Positions 12,959 through 26,799 of a DNA stretch of 64,000 bases are shown piece after piece. The stretch comes from Octopus vulgaris (lineage: Eukaryota), in contig OX597820.1 of the NCBI GenBank assembly GCA_951406725.2, forward strand, positions 117,490,001 to 117,554,000, given 5' to 3'. The notes below the pieces were generated by a model. That model made no database searches and was not told the origin of the DNA. It was given only the letters and a program-made list of their open reading frames with translations. Positions within the stretch are counted from its first letter, which is position 1. Each line of letters opens with the position of its first letter. A program made the position numbers and the translations under genes.

Positions 12959-13323
12959 TATTATGCAGATATCATCAGATATGTTCAGTACAACACCAGG
13001 TGGAGCCAGTAGTCAGCCAATAAGATACAAAAATAGATTTTGCATCTCAGTTTGAGAGGGAATAACATTTTGATAATGATGTTCTTGGAAATTTGTCACC
13101 CAAGTTATATTTCAGAATTTACCAAATTTTGAAGAAAAGATTCAACTCAGATTATTTATTAAATTATTTATTTATTTATTAAATTATTTATTTAAATCTA
13201 ATGCTTCGTAAATAAAACTACAAAAAAAAAGCCTTCATTTCTGGGAGAATTATCTTGTTTTGACTCCTTCCCTCAAGACACAAGGAATGCTAGAAATAAC
13301 AGCCAGTGTTGTAAAATTAAAAT

Positions 13324-13428
13324 TCATTTGGTCCCTTTAGACTTTTTAGTGTTTTTAGTTTTCTTTTTCTTCTTCCGGTATGTTCCATAACCTTTACGTA
13401 CCATTATTCCTCTCCACCAAGCTTGTAC
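13324..13428 (-). CDS. IQCG: IQCG/DRC9 terminal coding exon (IQ motif + lysine-rich tail)
   Basis: Minus strand reads ttttaaacag|GTA CAA GCT TGG TGG AGA GGA...AAA TGA = VQAWWRGIMVRKGYGTYRKKKKKTKNTKKSKGTK*. This matches the IQCG C-terminus (LQAWWRGTMIR...K-rich). AATAAA signals lie downstream near 13155-13190. Confidence 0.93.
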   Translation of the reverse strand, partial: VQAWWRGIMVRKGYGTYRKKKKKTKNTKKSKGTK

Positions 13429-13679
13429 CTGTTTAAAAAGAGAAGAAGAAAGAATGCTACAATAACAACAACAGCAGCAAGAACAACAACAACAGCAACA
13501 GCAACAACAGCAACAACAACAGCAGCAAGAAGGACAACTGTAGCAACATCAGCAGCCGTTCAAGAATTTGGACCTGGAGATCTCCATTTCCAGCGACTTC
13601 GAGGGCCACCTCCCAGTGGTGTTGGGCATCAACGAAGAGCCCTCGACTACAACAAGACGACCAAAGTTCTTTTTTTTCC

Positions 13680-14060
13680 ACCAGTGCCGGTGGTACATAA
13701 GAGAACCATCCGAACGTGGCCGTTGCCAGCGCCCCCCCGACTGGCCTCATGCTGGTGGCACGTAAAAAGCACCATCCGTTCGTTGCCGTTGCCAGACCCG
13801 CCTGGCCCCGTGCCGGTGGCACATAAAAAGCACCGTCCAATCGTGGCCGTTTGCCAGACTTGTCTGGCACCTGTGCAGGTGGCACGTAAAAGCACCCACT
13901 ACACTCACGGAGTGGTTGGCGTTAGGAAGGGCATCCAGCCGTAGAAACATTGCCAGATCAGACTGGGCCTGGTGCAGCCTTCTGGCTTCCCAGACCCCAG
14001 TTGAACCGTCCAACCCATGCTAGCATGGAAAGCGGACGCTAAACGACGATGATGATGATG
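13680..14060 (+). mobile_element. RTE LINE 3'UTR-derived element ending in (GAT)n
   Basis: Same tail family as ~3250-3515, 16270-16520, 25940-26250, 30230-30570, 44700-45108, 52605-52940, 56200-56480 and 60745-61055. Confidence 0.8.
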
Positions 14061-14837
14061 AAGGTCTGGGGTCTCCTGCCCCTAAGCCCTAGACCATCAC
14101 CTAATCACCCTTACCCGTCTTGTTGCTTAACAACAACAACAGTAGCAACAACAAATCCCCATAACTTAGAGGTTCGGCAAAAGAGACCAATAGAATAAGT
14201 ACTCGGATTACAAAGAATAAATCCTGTGGCCAGTTTCTTTGGCTAAAAGCAATGATCCAGCATGGCCAGTCAAATGACTGAAACAAGTAAAAGAATATAC
14301 AACAGGCTTCTTTCAGCTTCCATCTACCAAATCCACTCACAAGGCTTTGGTCAGCTCCAAGCTATAGCAGAAGACACTTGCCCAAGGTGCCACACAGAGG
14401 GACTGAACCCAGAACCATGCAGTTAAGAAGCAGCTTCTTACCACACAAAAAGAGGAATATTTTCAATATCAATGCTAAATGTTATTATATCAGGAACATG
14501 TTTTTGGCAGAACTGAGAGTTCCAAGGGGAATTGGATGAGAGATTTGGATACATGTAAACAAACATTGAAACATAAAGGTTGGCGGGTGGTGGGGGGTGA
14601 GGAAGGAGTAAGATAAAGGCAGGGGGTGGAGTGGGGGGAGAGACACACAGACGGACAGAGAAAGAGAAGGACAGAGAGAAGGTAGTAAGGATGTATCTTT
14701 GTATTAACCGTTTCAGAACTCTTCACTGTCTGCAAGGAAACAGGTGCAACAATTAAAATGATAGCAAGTCACTAAGTTTGAGTAGTAGTAGTAGTGGTGA
14801 TCGTGGTGGTCATGGTGGTAGTAGTAGTGGTGGTGGT

Positions 14838-14876
14838 ATTATTATTATTATTATTACCATTATTATCATCATCATC

Positions 14877-14938
<62 letters not shown>

Positions 14939-14974
14939 CATCATCATCATCATTATTATTATTATTATCATTAC

Positions 14975-15013
<39 letters not shown>

Positions 15014-15049
15014 CATCATCATCATCATTATTATTATTATTATCATTAC

Positions 15050-15089
<40 letters not shown>

Positions 15090-15129
15090 TTTATTATCAT
15101 TACCATTATTATTATTATTATTATTATTA

Positions 15130-15160
<31 letters not shown>
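14838..15160. repeat. (ATT/ATC)n microsatellite
   Basis: Direct reading. Confidence 0.95.
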
Positions 15161-15161
<1 letters not shown>

Positions 15162-16709
15162 TTCATTGCTAATTAAAGAGCAGAGTTAAACAGTGCAAAC
15201 CAATCAATAACCGGTATTAAGCATAGCGCTAGAAAAAGCAATTGTCGATTGATTATTCCTACTTCAGCATCTCAAATTAGATTTAAATGTTGACCAGCCT
15301 CAGGTCCTTCCCCATACATAAATACATAAATAAACACGCACACACACACACACACACAACCCGGCTCATTATCTCAGCCAGAGCCAAGAGGCTCCTCAGT
15401 GCTTCCTCCCTAGCAAGACTCCATGCAAATGGGGGATGTAACTACTAAGACAACAATACATGCCCTTTTGTTCACAGCAATTTGTTTTCCTTTTTTTTCT
15501 TCTTCCTTTGTCTTGGAGGGTTTTTCTGTGCCAATTCTTAACTCCTTCAATTCACCATAATGACATCCATCATGTCACACTATTCCATTATCATAATACT
15601 TCAGCATTGTTATTCTTGAGTGCTAATCAGCAGACATAGAATCTTCCAGTCCTTGTTTTGTTTTTGTTTTTTGTTGTTTTTTTTTGTTTTGTTTTTTTGG
15701 ACATATTCCAAAATAGGAAAACAATTTGTTGGCAAATGAGTGATCTAAATTTTATTAGCCTCTCACCACCACCACCACCACCACCACCACCACCACCACC
15801 ACCACCACCACCACCACCATCATCATCATCATACAAGCACTCTTTTCAGATTAGGATCATCATGATAGCCTTTCTTATATTTGTTTCAGATATTGGACTG
15901 TGGCCATGCTGAGGCACCGCCTTGAAGGGTTTAGTCAAACAAATTGTCTACACTACATAATTTTTAAAGTCTGGTACTTATTTTAATGGTCTCTTTTGCC
16001 AAACTACAAGTTACAGGGACATAAACAAACCAGCACCAGTTGTCAAACACACACACACACACGCGCACGCACACACACACACACACACTTAAAATCATAT
16101 ATGCCAGACTTCCACACACCTTCTGTTGACCAAATCCATTCCATTGGTCAGCCCAGGGCTATAGCAGAAGCCCCTTGACCAAGGTGCCACACAGTGGGAT
16201 TGAACCTGAAACCACATGGTACCAAAGCCTACGTCTATATCCAGGAATTTTGTGTGCGTGTGTGTGTATGCTGGTGGCACATAAAAAGCACTGTCCAAAT
16301 GTGACCGATGCCAGTGCCCCCTGACTGGCTCCTGTGCCAGTGGCATGTAAAATGTATCCACTACACTTTCAAAGTGGTTGGCATTAGGAAAGGCATCCAG
16401 CTGCCAGATCAGAGTGGAGCCTGGTGCAGCCTCCTGGCTCTCCAGACTTCAGTCAAACCATCTAACCCACGTCAGCATGGAAAGTGGTTGTTAAATATTG
16501 ATGATGATGATGATGATGATGATGTGTGTGTGTGTATTTTTATATTTTGCCTGGCAACAGCAAATTGAATAATATATCCAAGTTATTCACTAAGATCAAA
16601 AGAATTTATATTGTCTTCATTATAAGTTCCTTTTATTATTATTATCATTATTATCATTATCATCATCATCATCTTCATCATCATCATCATCATTATTATT
16701 ATTATCATT

Positions 16710-17295
16710 GCCTTTGCACACGTTCTAACACTGGAGATGTACTACGGTGTCAGCTGTTCACTGCCAGTGAACTAAGGTAACACTCCTTATTTTTCAAGCA
16801 CCTTCTGGAGTATTTGAGCAGCCCTTATTTGTTCCACATACTTCTCGAAATTTTTGCTCACTGTTCCCAGGGGCTCCGACAATTATTGGTACTACTGCTA
16901 CCTTTTTCATCAACCACAACTGTTTAACTTCCCAAGCTAACCTGTCATATCTCTCAACTTTTCTTTCTTCCTTATCGCATACCTTGTTATCAGCTGGGCA
17001 TGCTATATCTATGATCCAGTATAGTTTGTTTTCTTTCTCAATTAAGACTATGTCTGGCTCCCTATTCTCAATCTCACAGTCGCACTGAATCATAAAATCC
17101 CATAGGATCTTTGCATTTCTATTTTCAACGATGCCTTCCGGTTTGTGGTCGTACCAATTTTTTCTCTGTCAAGTCCATACTTGTTGCAAAGTGTCCAATG
17201 GACAAGCCTGGCTATATTGTCGTGGTGTCTCTTATATTCCTTCTGGGCTAGTGGTGTACATCAGCTGGTAATATGCCATACGGTTTCATCATTCT
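16710..17295 (-). mobile_element. RLE-type non-LTR retrotransposon 3' fragment (R4/Dong-like)
   Basis: Minus strand encodes ETVWHI..CTPLAQKEYKRHHD...ILWDF.IQCD..IENREPDIVLIEKENK..IIDIACP...K..RY..L (zinc-knuckle end plus PD-D restriction-like nuclease); flanked by (ATT)n on both sides. Confidence 0.88.
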
Positions 17296-17722
17296 ATTAT
17301 TATTATTATTATTTAATCCTAGTCCTTGAAGATATATGGCTTAGTGGTTAGGGTATTCGGCTCTTGATGGTAAGGTTATGAGTTCAATTCCTGGTGGCAC
17401 GTTGTATCCTTGAGCAAGACACTTTATTTCACATTCCTCCTGTCCACTCACCTAGCAAAAATGAGTTGTACCTGTAATTCCAAAGGCCAGCCTTTTCGTA
17501 TTCTGTGTCATGCTGCATCTCCTTGAGAATTACATTAAGGGTACGTGTGTCTGTGGAGTACTCAGCCACTTGCACGTTAATTCCATGAGCAGGCTCTTCC
17601 ATTGATCAGATCAAGAGGAACTCTTGCCATCATGACCAACAGGGTGCCTGGTTTGTCCTCGCTCTGCTCTCATCCAATTGACCTAAAACTATTCTTGCTA
17701 TGTCCCTTCTCATTATTAAACA

Positions 17723-18101
17723 CTAGCAGTATTGCCCGTCGTTGCTTGGGTTTGTTTTGACCCTTTAGAATTGGAATTTTTGAAAAGTAAAAATTTTGCA
17801 TTTTGTAGCTTGCTATTCTCTTTAAGTGAACATTTTTCTGGTTGAAATACAACACAGCAGTCAAAAAATCGTAAAAACTAGGGATTTTCATAGAAAAAAA
17901 CCACCTTTTTGATGTAAATAATTTTTGGTGTTAACATGGTTCGATTTGAATTTTTTCTTCTACAGAAGGAAGAGCAAGCCTTCTTCTATCATACTTTCAA
18001 TTTTGGTCAACTTGCGCCACAAGGTCTCGGAGGAGATAGTGTTAGTTGAAGGCTACCAAACCTGCCATACACAGACAACTCCAGCTTTATATAGAGAGAG
18101 A
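17723..18101 (-). mobile_element. Non-autonomous Helitron-like element
   Basis: The minus strand begins TC(TC)n TATAT and ends with a GC hairpin (ccc..gcaacg..ggg) then CTAG. A second copy lies at 57723-58108. Confidence 0.75.
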
Positions 18102-18114
18102 TTACAATTAATGT

Positions 18115-19215
18115 CATCATCATCATCATCATTTAACGTCCGCTTTCCATGCTAGCATGGGTTGGACGGTTCAACTGGTGTCTGGGGAGCCCGAAGGCTG
18201 CACCAGGCCAGTCAGATCTGGCAGTGTTTCTACAGCTGGATGCCCTTCCTAACGCCAACCACTCCGAGAGTGTAGTGGGTGATTTTATGTGCCACCGACA
18301 CAGGTGCCAGACGAGGCTGGCGAACGGCCACGCTTGGATGGTGTTTTTATGTGCCACCGACACAGGTGCCAGACAAGGCTGGCAGACGACCACGCTCCGA
18401 TGGTGTTTTTTATGTGCCACCGACACAGGTGCCAGACGAGGCTGGCGAACGGCCACGCTCGGATGGTGTTTTTATGTGCCACCGACACAGGTGCCAGACA
18501 AGGCTGGCAGACGACCACGCTCAGATGGTGTTTTTATGTGCCACCGACACAGGTGCCAGACGAGGCTGGCAAACGGCCACGCTCGGATGGTGTTTTTATG
18601 TACCACCGACACAGGTGCCAGACGAGGCTGGCGAACGGCCACGCTCGGATGGTGTTTTTATGTGCCACCGATACAGGTGCCAGACAAGGCTAGCAGACGA
18701 CCACGCTCGGATGGTGTTTTTTTATGTGCCACCGACACAGGAGCCAGACGAGGCTGGCGATCAGCCACGATTGGATGGTGATTGTTACGTGCCCACAGCA
18801 TGGAGGCCAGTTGGTGCGGTACTGGCTACGCCCATGTTCGGATGGTATTCTTGTGTGCCACCGGCCTGGTACACAAAGATACAAATTCCATTGATGTTCA
18901 TCTATTTTGATTTTGTTTGATTTTCACTTGCCTCAACAGGTCTTCACAAGTGTCACAAGAAGAAAGGTATGCACAGGTGGACTGACTACGTCCTAGGTAG
19001 GGGCCACGGGTTATGGCCTGACTAGTCTTGCCGGGTCTTCTCACGCACAGCATACTTCCATAGGTCTCGGTCTCTAGTCATTTCCTTGGTGAGACCTAAA
19101 GTTCGTAGGTCGTGCTTCACCACTTCGTCCCAGGTTTTCCTGGGTCTACCTCTTCCACAGGTTCCCTCAACTGCTAGGGTGTAGCACTTTTGCACACAAC
19201 TGTTCTCGTGAATTC
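18115..19215 (-). mobile_element. RTE LINE 3' end with internal 60-bp tandem array and (GAT)n tail
   Basis: ORF 19022-19219 (RGRPRKTW..V..DL....DR..W) is followed by a 3'UTR, about 8 copies of a ~60-bp unit (18283-18780) and the tail. Confidence 0.9.
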
Positions 19216-19734
19216 TCACAATCCCTTCATGGAGGAGATATGGCTATACTCTATAAGACACACTACCTTGATGCAAGAATTGAATGTTTTAGCTATGGTC
19301 ACAACAAATGTCTGAAGATTTGTCTAAAAATCTTTTCAGCTGTCATCACAACATGTATGTTTCTGGGATTTATTCTTTAATTTGACATTCTTGAGACTTC
19401 ACTCAACTAAAATCTTGAAAGTTATTGCAAAAGCTAAACCTCGTGCAAAGATGGAAAATTGGACATTAAATCGATGATGATAATGACAGGGAATACTCAA
19501 GTGACTCGAGTAAGGCCCAATGCCCTCAATGTCCTCATGGTTCTATTGAAGTAAGGCCCAACGCCTTCACTTTGGTGGTTGACAAGTTTAAAGAAAGAAG
19601 CTCAGGTGAAATATTCATGGTAGACTACCATCCTATCCAGTGGAAGTAGAGTCTCTCAACTGATGAATTGTGACTTGCATTTAACTCCAGGATATCATGG
19701 CACCATCCCCGATAAGAAGGAACCTCTTCAAGAG

Positions 19735-20480
19735 CAACTACACTACAACTACTGCTACCACATCCTCCACCACCACTACCACAACCACCTTGACTACAAT
19801 TACTGCTGCCACCACCACCAACATCACAACACCATCACAACACCATCACCACTGCAACCACCACCACCACCACCACCACCACCACCACCATCACCATCAC
19901 TATCACTACCACCTTAACCACAATCACAACAACCACCACCACAACCACATCACCATCACTACCACCTTAACCACCACCACAACCACCACCACAACCACAG
20001 CCACCACCACTACTACCACCTTAACCACCACCACCACCATCACAACCATCACTACCACATTAACCACAGTCACAACAACCACCACCACAACCACAAGCAT
20101 CACTACCACCTTTACCACAACCAACACCACAAACACAGCCACCACCACAACCACTTTAACCACAACCACCACCACTACAACAACCACCACCATCATTACC
20201 ATCTTAACTGCAACAACTACCACTACAACCACCACCACTACCACCTTAACCACCACTACCACCCTAACCACAACCACCACCACTACCACTTTAACCACAA
20301 CCACCACCTTAACCACAACCACCACCATCATTACCATCTTAACTGCAACAACCACCACTACAACAACCACCACCACTACCACCTAAACCACAACCACCAC
20401 TACCACCTTAACCACTACCATCTTAACTGCAACAACCACCACCACCACTACCACCTTAACCACCACCACCACCACCACTG
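19735..20480. repeat. (CCA/CAA/CTA)n degenerate trinucleotide array
   Basis: Direct reading. Confidence 0.92.
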
Positions 20481-20843
20481 CTAAACAGTCAATAGCATCT
20501 AAACAAGTCTTACATTAAAGTATCACCACTCTGAACCAGCTGCCATGAAGACTGAGCTGTTTGTTCCAACTGGCCATAAACACCACACACACACACACAC
20601 ACACACCTCACTGGTCTTGTTGCTGATACAGAATTTCATACAAAATGTGGGGGGGGGGGGTTGTCTTCTTTTGTTTATTTGTTTTGGTTTATTTGTTTTG
20701 GTTTTGGTTTTTTTTTTTTACAGTTTCATCATTTCCATATGAATACATCAACATGTCTAACACCATTGCTATTATGATTGCTAATGGGTTAAAAGACAAT
20801 CTTGTCTTTTCTTTTAAACACTCACCCTTGCATCTTAAAAATA

Positions 20844-20844
<1 letters not shown>

Positions 20845-20921
<77 letters not shown>

Positions 20922-21223
20922 TATCTATTTGTTCTGTCTGTGTGCAGCCCTGTGTGGATAATAAAGAAACATATCTATCTATTATCTATTTATCTCTCCA
21001 TCTCTCTCTATCTATCTATCTATCTATCTGTCTCCCTACCTACCTACCTACCAACCTACCTATCTATCTACCTATCTATCTATCTATTTATCTATCTATC
21101 TAACTATCTATCTATCTATCTACCTATCTATCTATCTATCTATCTACCTACCTACCTATCTATCTATCTATCTATCTACCTATCTATCTATCTGTCTCCA
21201 TATCTACTTACCTACCTACCTAC

Positions 21224-21265
<42 letters not shown>

Positions 21266-21266
21266 G

Positions 21267-21298
<32 letters not shown>

Positions 21299-21990
21299 CC
21301 TATCTATTTACATATCTATCTATCTATCTATCTGTCTGTCTCCCTACCTACCTACCTATCTACCTATCTATCTATCTATTCCTTTACCTATCTCAATATG
21401 CACATATATCTGTCTATCTATCAATCCATATATGTAGCTCTCTGCTTTCACTTTCACATACCAAAGCTCTCCAGTTTTCTGTCTCCCCTCTCTCTCCATC
21501 TGTATCTTCTTATCTATCAGTCTGTCTGTCTGTCTATCTGTCTGTCTATACATAAATACATGTGTACAGACATTTCCATTCATTCAATTTTACATATTGG
21601 GGTTCTCTTTCTTTTTATTCTTCTCTTTCTCTTTGTTTCTCTCTATCTATCATTCTACCTACCTACCTACTTACATACTTATGTCTCTCTGTCTCTCTCT
21701 CTCTCTTTCTCTTTCTCTACATCTATTTATCTATCTATCATTTATCTATCCCAACCATACATCTCTCTTTCCCTCATCTCTCTCCACCCCTCTCACTCTT
21801 TCTCTACATCTTTCTATCTATTTATCTACCTACCCATCTATCTATCTCTCCTCCTTTCTCTTTCTCTACATCTATCTATCATTTACCTATTCCAGCCATA
21901 CATTTCTCTTTCCCTCATCTTTCCCTCTTCTCTCTCCGTATCACTCTCTCTCTCTCTCTCGTCCTCTCTCTCTCTCTCGTCCTATCTCTT
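20845..21990. repeat. (CTAT/CTAC)n and (CT)n low-complexity region
   Basis: Direct reading. Confidence 0.92.
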
Positions 21991-22285
21991 TTCCATTAAC
22001 TCATACAGCACACCTCCTGTCTTAGATGAAATTTATTCCTTTATTGAGACATTTAAAGTTCTCAAATGGAATTTTCTTACTTTCAAATCAAAATCAGTGC
22101 TTTTATTTCTAAAAGCACTTTTTCTTGTCTTTTTCTATAAATAAATGGAGATTCTCTTTCTTGAAAGCAATTCTTCTCGCTTGAGTCTTTTTTCCGTTGA
22201 ATAAAATCTTTTAAAATCTTTTAAAATTTCAAATGCATTTTTATATTTGTTTATCATTAAAATTATCATTATCATCATTATGTAC

Positions 22286-22648
<363 letters not shown>

Positions 22649-23139
22649 TTAGTATTTACATTCTGAGCTCAAATTCAGCTGAGATCAACTTTGCCTTTCA
22701 TCCATTCAGCGTCAACGAAATAAGTACCAGTAATGCACTGGGGTCAATGCAGTCAATTAATCCCCTTCACCAAAAAATTACTGGCGTTGTGCCAAAATTA
22801 GAAAGGATTGATATTGTTATTCAGCATTTCATCCAACTTCATGTTCTGAGTTCAAATCCCGCCAAGGCTGACTTTGCCTTCCAGCCTTCCAGGATCAATA
22901 AACTAAGTAGCAGTTACACACTGGGGTCAATGTAATCAACTCACCCCTTCCCACGACATTGCTGGTCTTGTGCCAAAATTCGAAACCAGGCGTGGCTGTG
23001 TGGTAAGTAGCTTGCTTACTAACCACATAGTTCTGGATTCAGTCCCACGGCGTGGCACCTTGGGCAAGTGTCTTTTACTATAGCCTCAGGCCGACCAAAG
23101 TCTTGTGAGTGGATTTGGTAGATAAAAACTGAAAGAAGC

Positions 23140-23187
<48 letters not shown>

Positions 23188-23426
23188 AGGCTTCTCCCAT
23201 CTTTGCATGACAACTGATGTTGGTGTGTTTACATCCCTGTAACTTAGCAGTTCAGCAAAAGAACCTGATAAAATAAGTACTAGGCTTACGAAGAATAAGT
23301 CCTGGGGTTGATTTGTTTGACTAAAAGCGATGCTCCAGCATGGCCGTAGTGGAGGCAGTGGTGATGGTGGCAGCAGCGCTGGTGGTTGCGGTAGTGCTGT
23401 TGGTGGTGGTGGTGGTGGTGGTGGTG

Positions 23427-23493
<67 letters not shown>

Positions 23494-23544
23494 AGGTAGT
23501 GGTGATGATGGTGGTGGTAGTGGTGGTAGTGGTGGTGGTGCTGA

Positions 23545-23580
<36 letters not shown>

Positions 23581-24346
23581 AGGTAGTGGTGATGATGGTG
23601 GTGGTAGTGGTGGTGGTGTTGGTGTTGATAGTAGTAGTAGTAGTTGTAGTAGTAGTAGTAGTGGTGGTGGTGGTAGTGGTAACAGTAGCAGCAGTGAGGG
23701 CATAGTGATGCCACTGTAAGTATTACAGTCTTTCTATATATATTTTTAAATATCAAATATATAATATCATAATATCAAATATCGTGAGATATCAAATATA
23801 TATATAATATGGTGAAATATCAAAATTAGAAGCCATTTTTTGTTGTTGTTGTTGTTGTTGTTGTTGTTCTGCTTTTGATATTTGTGGCTTTATTTAAATT
23901 TTTGCTGTTGCTTATTATTATTGTTCTTTCTGTTTTCTATTGACATATGTAGTTCCAGACACGAACTCTGCAGATTCAACTGGAATGGTGAATTTGATTG
24001 CAATGGAAAATACTACGGTGGATAAATTTAATACTGACTGAAAAATATTAAAAACTGCAAAATTCAGTAAATAAATGAATATAAATATAAAATAAATGAA
24101 AAAAAAAACAAAAAAAAAAAAAAAAACCCCCAGAAATGGCAAGAGCTTATAACAGCTTATAAATAAATGTTAGAATAATTCTGCAGAGTCAAAGCAATAT
24201 TTTTTACCACTGGAACGAAAAAAAAAAAAGAAAAAGTAGCGAGGGAATATTCCTTGCTTCTAAAGAAAAAATATAACAAAATAACAATAAAGATGAAAAT
24301 ATAATAAAAATATAATAGAAATATAATATAAAAAAGCATGACTTAC

Positions 24347-24448
24347 TCTTATGGAGGCTTTTATATAAAGTTTTTCTTCTTCCATTTTCCTTCTTAGAAT
24401 TTCCTTTTGGATGCGGTCTTCAACAACAACTTCTTCATACTCCTTATA
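24347..24448 (-). CDS. IQCG: IQCG/DRC9 internal exon
   Basis: tgtttag|TAT AAG GAG...ATA AGA|gtaagt; 102 nt = YKEYEEVVVEDRIQKEILRRKMEEEKLYIKASIR, resembling vertebrate IQCG EYEQVIIEDRIEKE. Confidence 0.92.
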
Positions 24449-26760
24449 CTAAACAGACAAGAAACCTTACATGATGTCTAAAAGCTATTGAAAAGTCAGA
24501 ATTATAAAACCAAAAAAAAAAAAAAAAAAAAAAAAAAAACCCCAAAAAAAACATAGAATTCCAATATAATGTTTTGGGAAAATGTTTTGGTGGAGAATGG
24601 AGAGTGGAATGTGTGATTACTTACTGATGCAATAGAACAAAAAAAAAAAATCTTTTTAGAATAAATATTAATATAAAGAAATGGCAAACAGTGTTTGAAT
24701 AAGAAAAGGTAAGATGTAAGCTTTTAGAGAGTTGAGGCCATGATTCAGTCTCATTTCCTGGTTAAAACCATTCCACTTTACAAATACTGTTTAATAGTCT
24801 TAGAAATGGAAATAATGGCACAATTTTTCCTTCAACTTCCCTTTAAATGTAGGATTGTGATGCCAACATTAAAATAAACCACAATCTAATGAAATAGTTT
24901 CATCTCCCTAAATTGGTTGTTTCTTTTTTCAAGAAAGACACACACACACACACACACACACTCTCTCTCTCTCTATCTCTCTCTTCCTTTATTGTTTTTG
25001 TCTCTGGTCTGTTTATTGTATTTTTTGTTTGTCTTTTTGTTTCTTTACCTCTTTTTCCTATTTAGAACTATCAGGCTCCAAGACAGCTTTGACAAACTTC
25101 AGTAACCAAACAGGTTGTTTGTTGTAATTACATTTGGCAGAGAAGTACAAAGGGGAAAGTAGAGAGCTGGATGGAGAAAGCTTTGTCTGCAAGAATATGG
25201 CAACACTGTTTATGGAGACAATTTATTTGAGAGTAACAATAATTGAACAAGTCAATAAAACTGGGAGAAATAGTCTGCTACAAGAGACAAGAATGGTCAG
25301 TCACAGTTGTTGGTGATTGGAAAATTGGTCTCCTATGAAGATATCTGTTGCCTTCCATCTGGAAAGCAACAGATATTTACGAAAATAAATCCCTCCAAAA
25401 TGAAATGTTAGTAACATCTGCCAAGTATTCATGTTGTTTTTGCTGTTGTTGCTTAGCTCCAACTTTTTTTCTGAGAATGTAATTTGAGGAAGGTTTGAGG
25501 TGGGTGGTCACCATAAGACTCCACTACGTCTGACTTTTAAAAAAATATAATTTAAAACTAACCCAGAACTACTTTGAGCTTCTTGTGAATGGCATAAAGA
25601 AAACACCAAGATTCGGGTATTCATGTGGTAGAACCTGGAACCACGTGGTTGGTAAGCAAGCTACTTACCACACAGCCACTCCTGCTCCTATGTGTGTACT
25701 TTCTTTAAAATGGTAGGGCAATGATAATGAACCACCTGTTTTAATTACTTTAACTCGTTAGCGTTCAAACCAACCACATCTGACCTGAATACTCTACCAA
25801 TTTTATGTCCAAACTGGCCAGATCTGACCTCTCACACTTATCCTACAATGTCATTCTAAAAAAAGGTAGAAGGTTATGTTCCAGCTGGAAACCTGGTGCC
25901 AGGATGACTTGTGTCAAATTGGACAAAGGATTACTTCTACTATCATCATCATCATCATTTAACGTCTGTTTTCCAGGCTGGCATGGGTTGGACGGTTCGA
26001 CTGGGGTCTCGGAATCCAGGAGGCTGCACCAGGTTCCAGTCTGATCTGGTAGTGTTTCTACAGCTGGAGAGTGTAGTGGGTGCTTTCCACATGCCACTAG
26101 TACAGGGGCCAGAGGGGGCTGGCAACAACCATGATCGGTTGATGTTTTTTATGTTCCACCGGCACGGAAGCCAGTCAAGGCGGTACTGGCATCGGCCACA
26201 TTTGAATGGTGTTTTTTATGTGCCACTGGCACGGGGATCACAACTACAATATCCAAAATCAGAAACAGCCTCTCTGGGGATTCTTTGATCAATCCAAAAC
26301 CATGGTTGAAGAGATTCACCCAAAGTGCTATGCAATGAGATTGAAATATAATCAAAATGCTATGGGGTGGACTTACCACCCATATAGCCACACCTAATGT
26401 TTACTTTAACCCAGAACTGCTTTGACCTAGTTAGCCTACGGTCAAAGACATTTTCAGCCATGACCAAATCAATATTTTATTCTGGCACAGTGTATCTAGG
26501 ACTACATTATCAACTTGCTTTTATTCTTTTATTCTTTTATTCTTTTACTCTCTTTTACTTGTTTCAGTCATTTGACTGTGGCCATGCTGGAGCACCACCT
26601 TTAGTCGAGCAAATTGACCCCAGGACTTATTATTTATAAGCCTAGTACTCATTCTATCGGTCTCTTTTGCTGAACTGCTAAGTGATGGGAACGTAAACAC
26701 ACCAGCATTGGTCGTCAAGCGATGTTGGGGGGACAAACAGACACACACAAACATATACAT

Positions 26761-26799
<39 letters not shown>

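Noticed and set aside
18283-18780. CRISPR-like periodicity (also 35605, 47316, 58878)
   Set aside because: The units are contiguous with no unique spacers, the context is eukaryotic, and there are no cas genes.
19697-20386. Thr-rich mucin-like ORF
   Set aside because: A degenerate (CCA)n array, open on both strands, with no non-repetitive domain.
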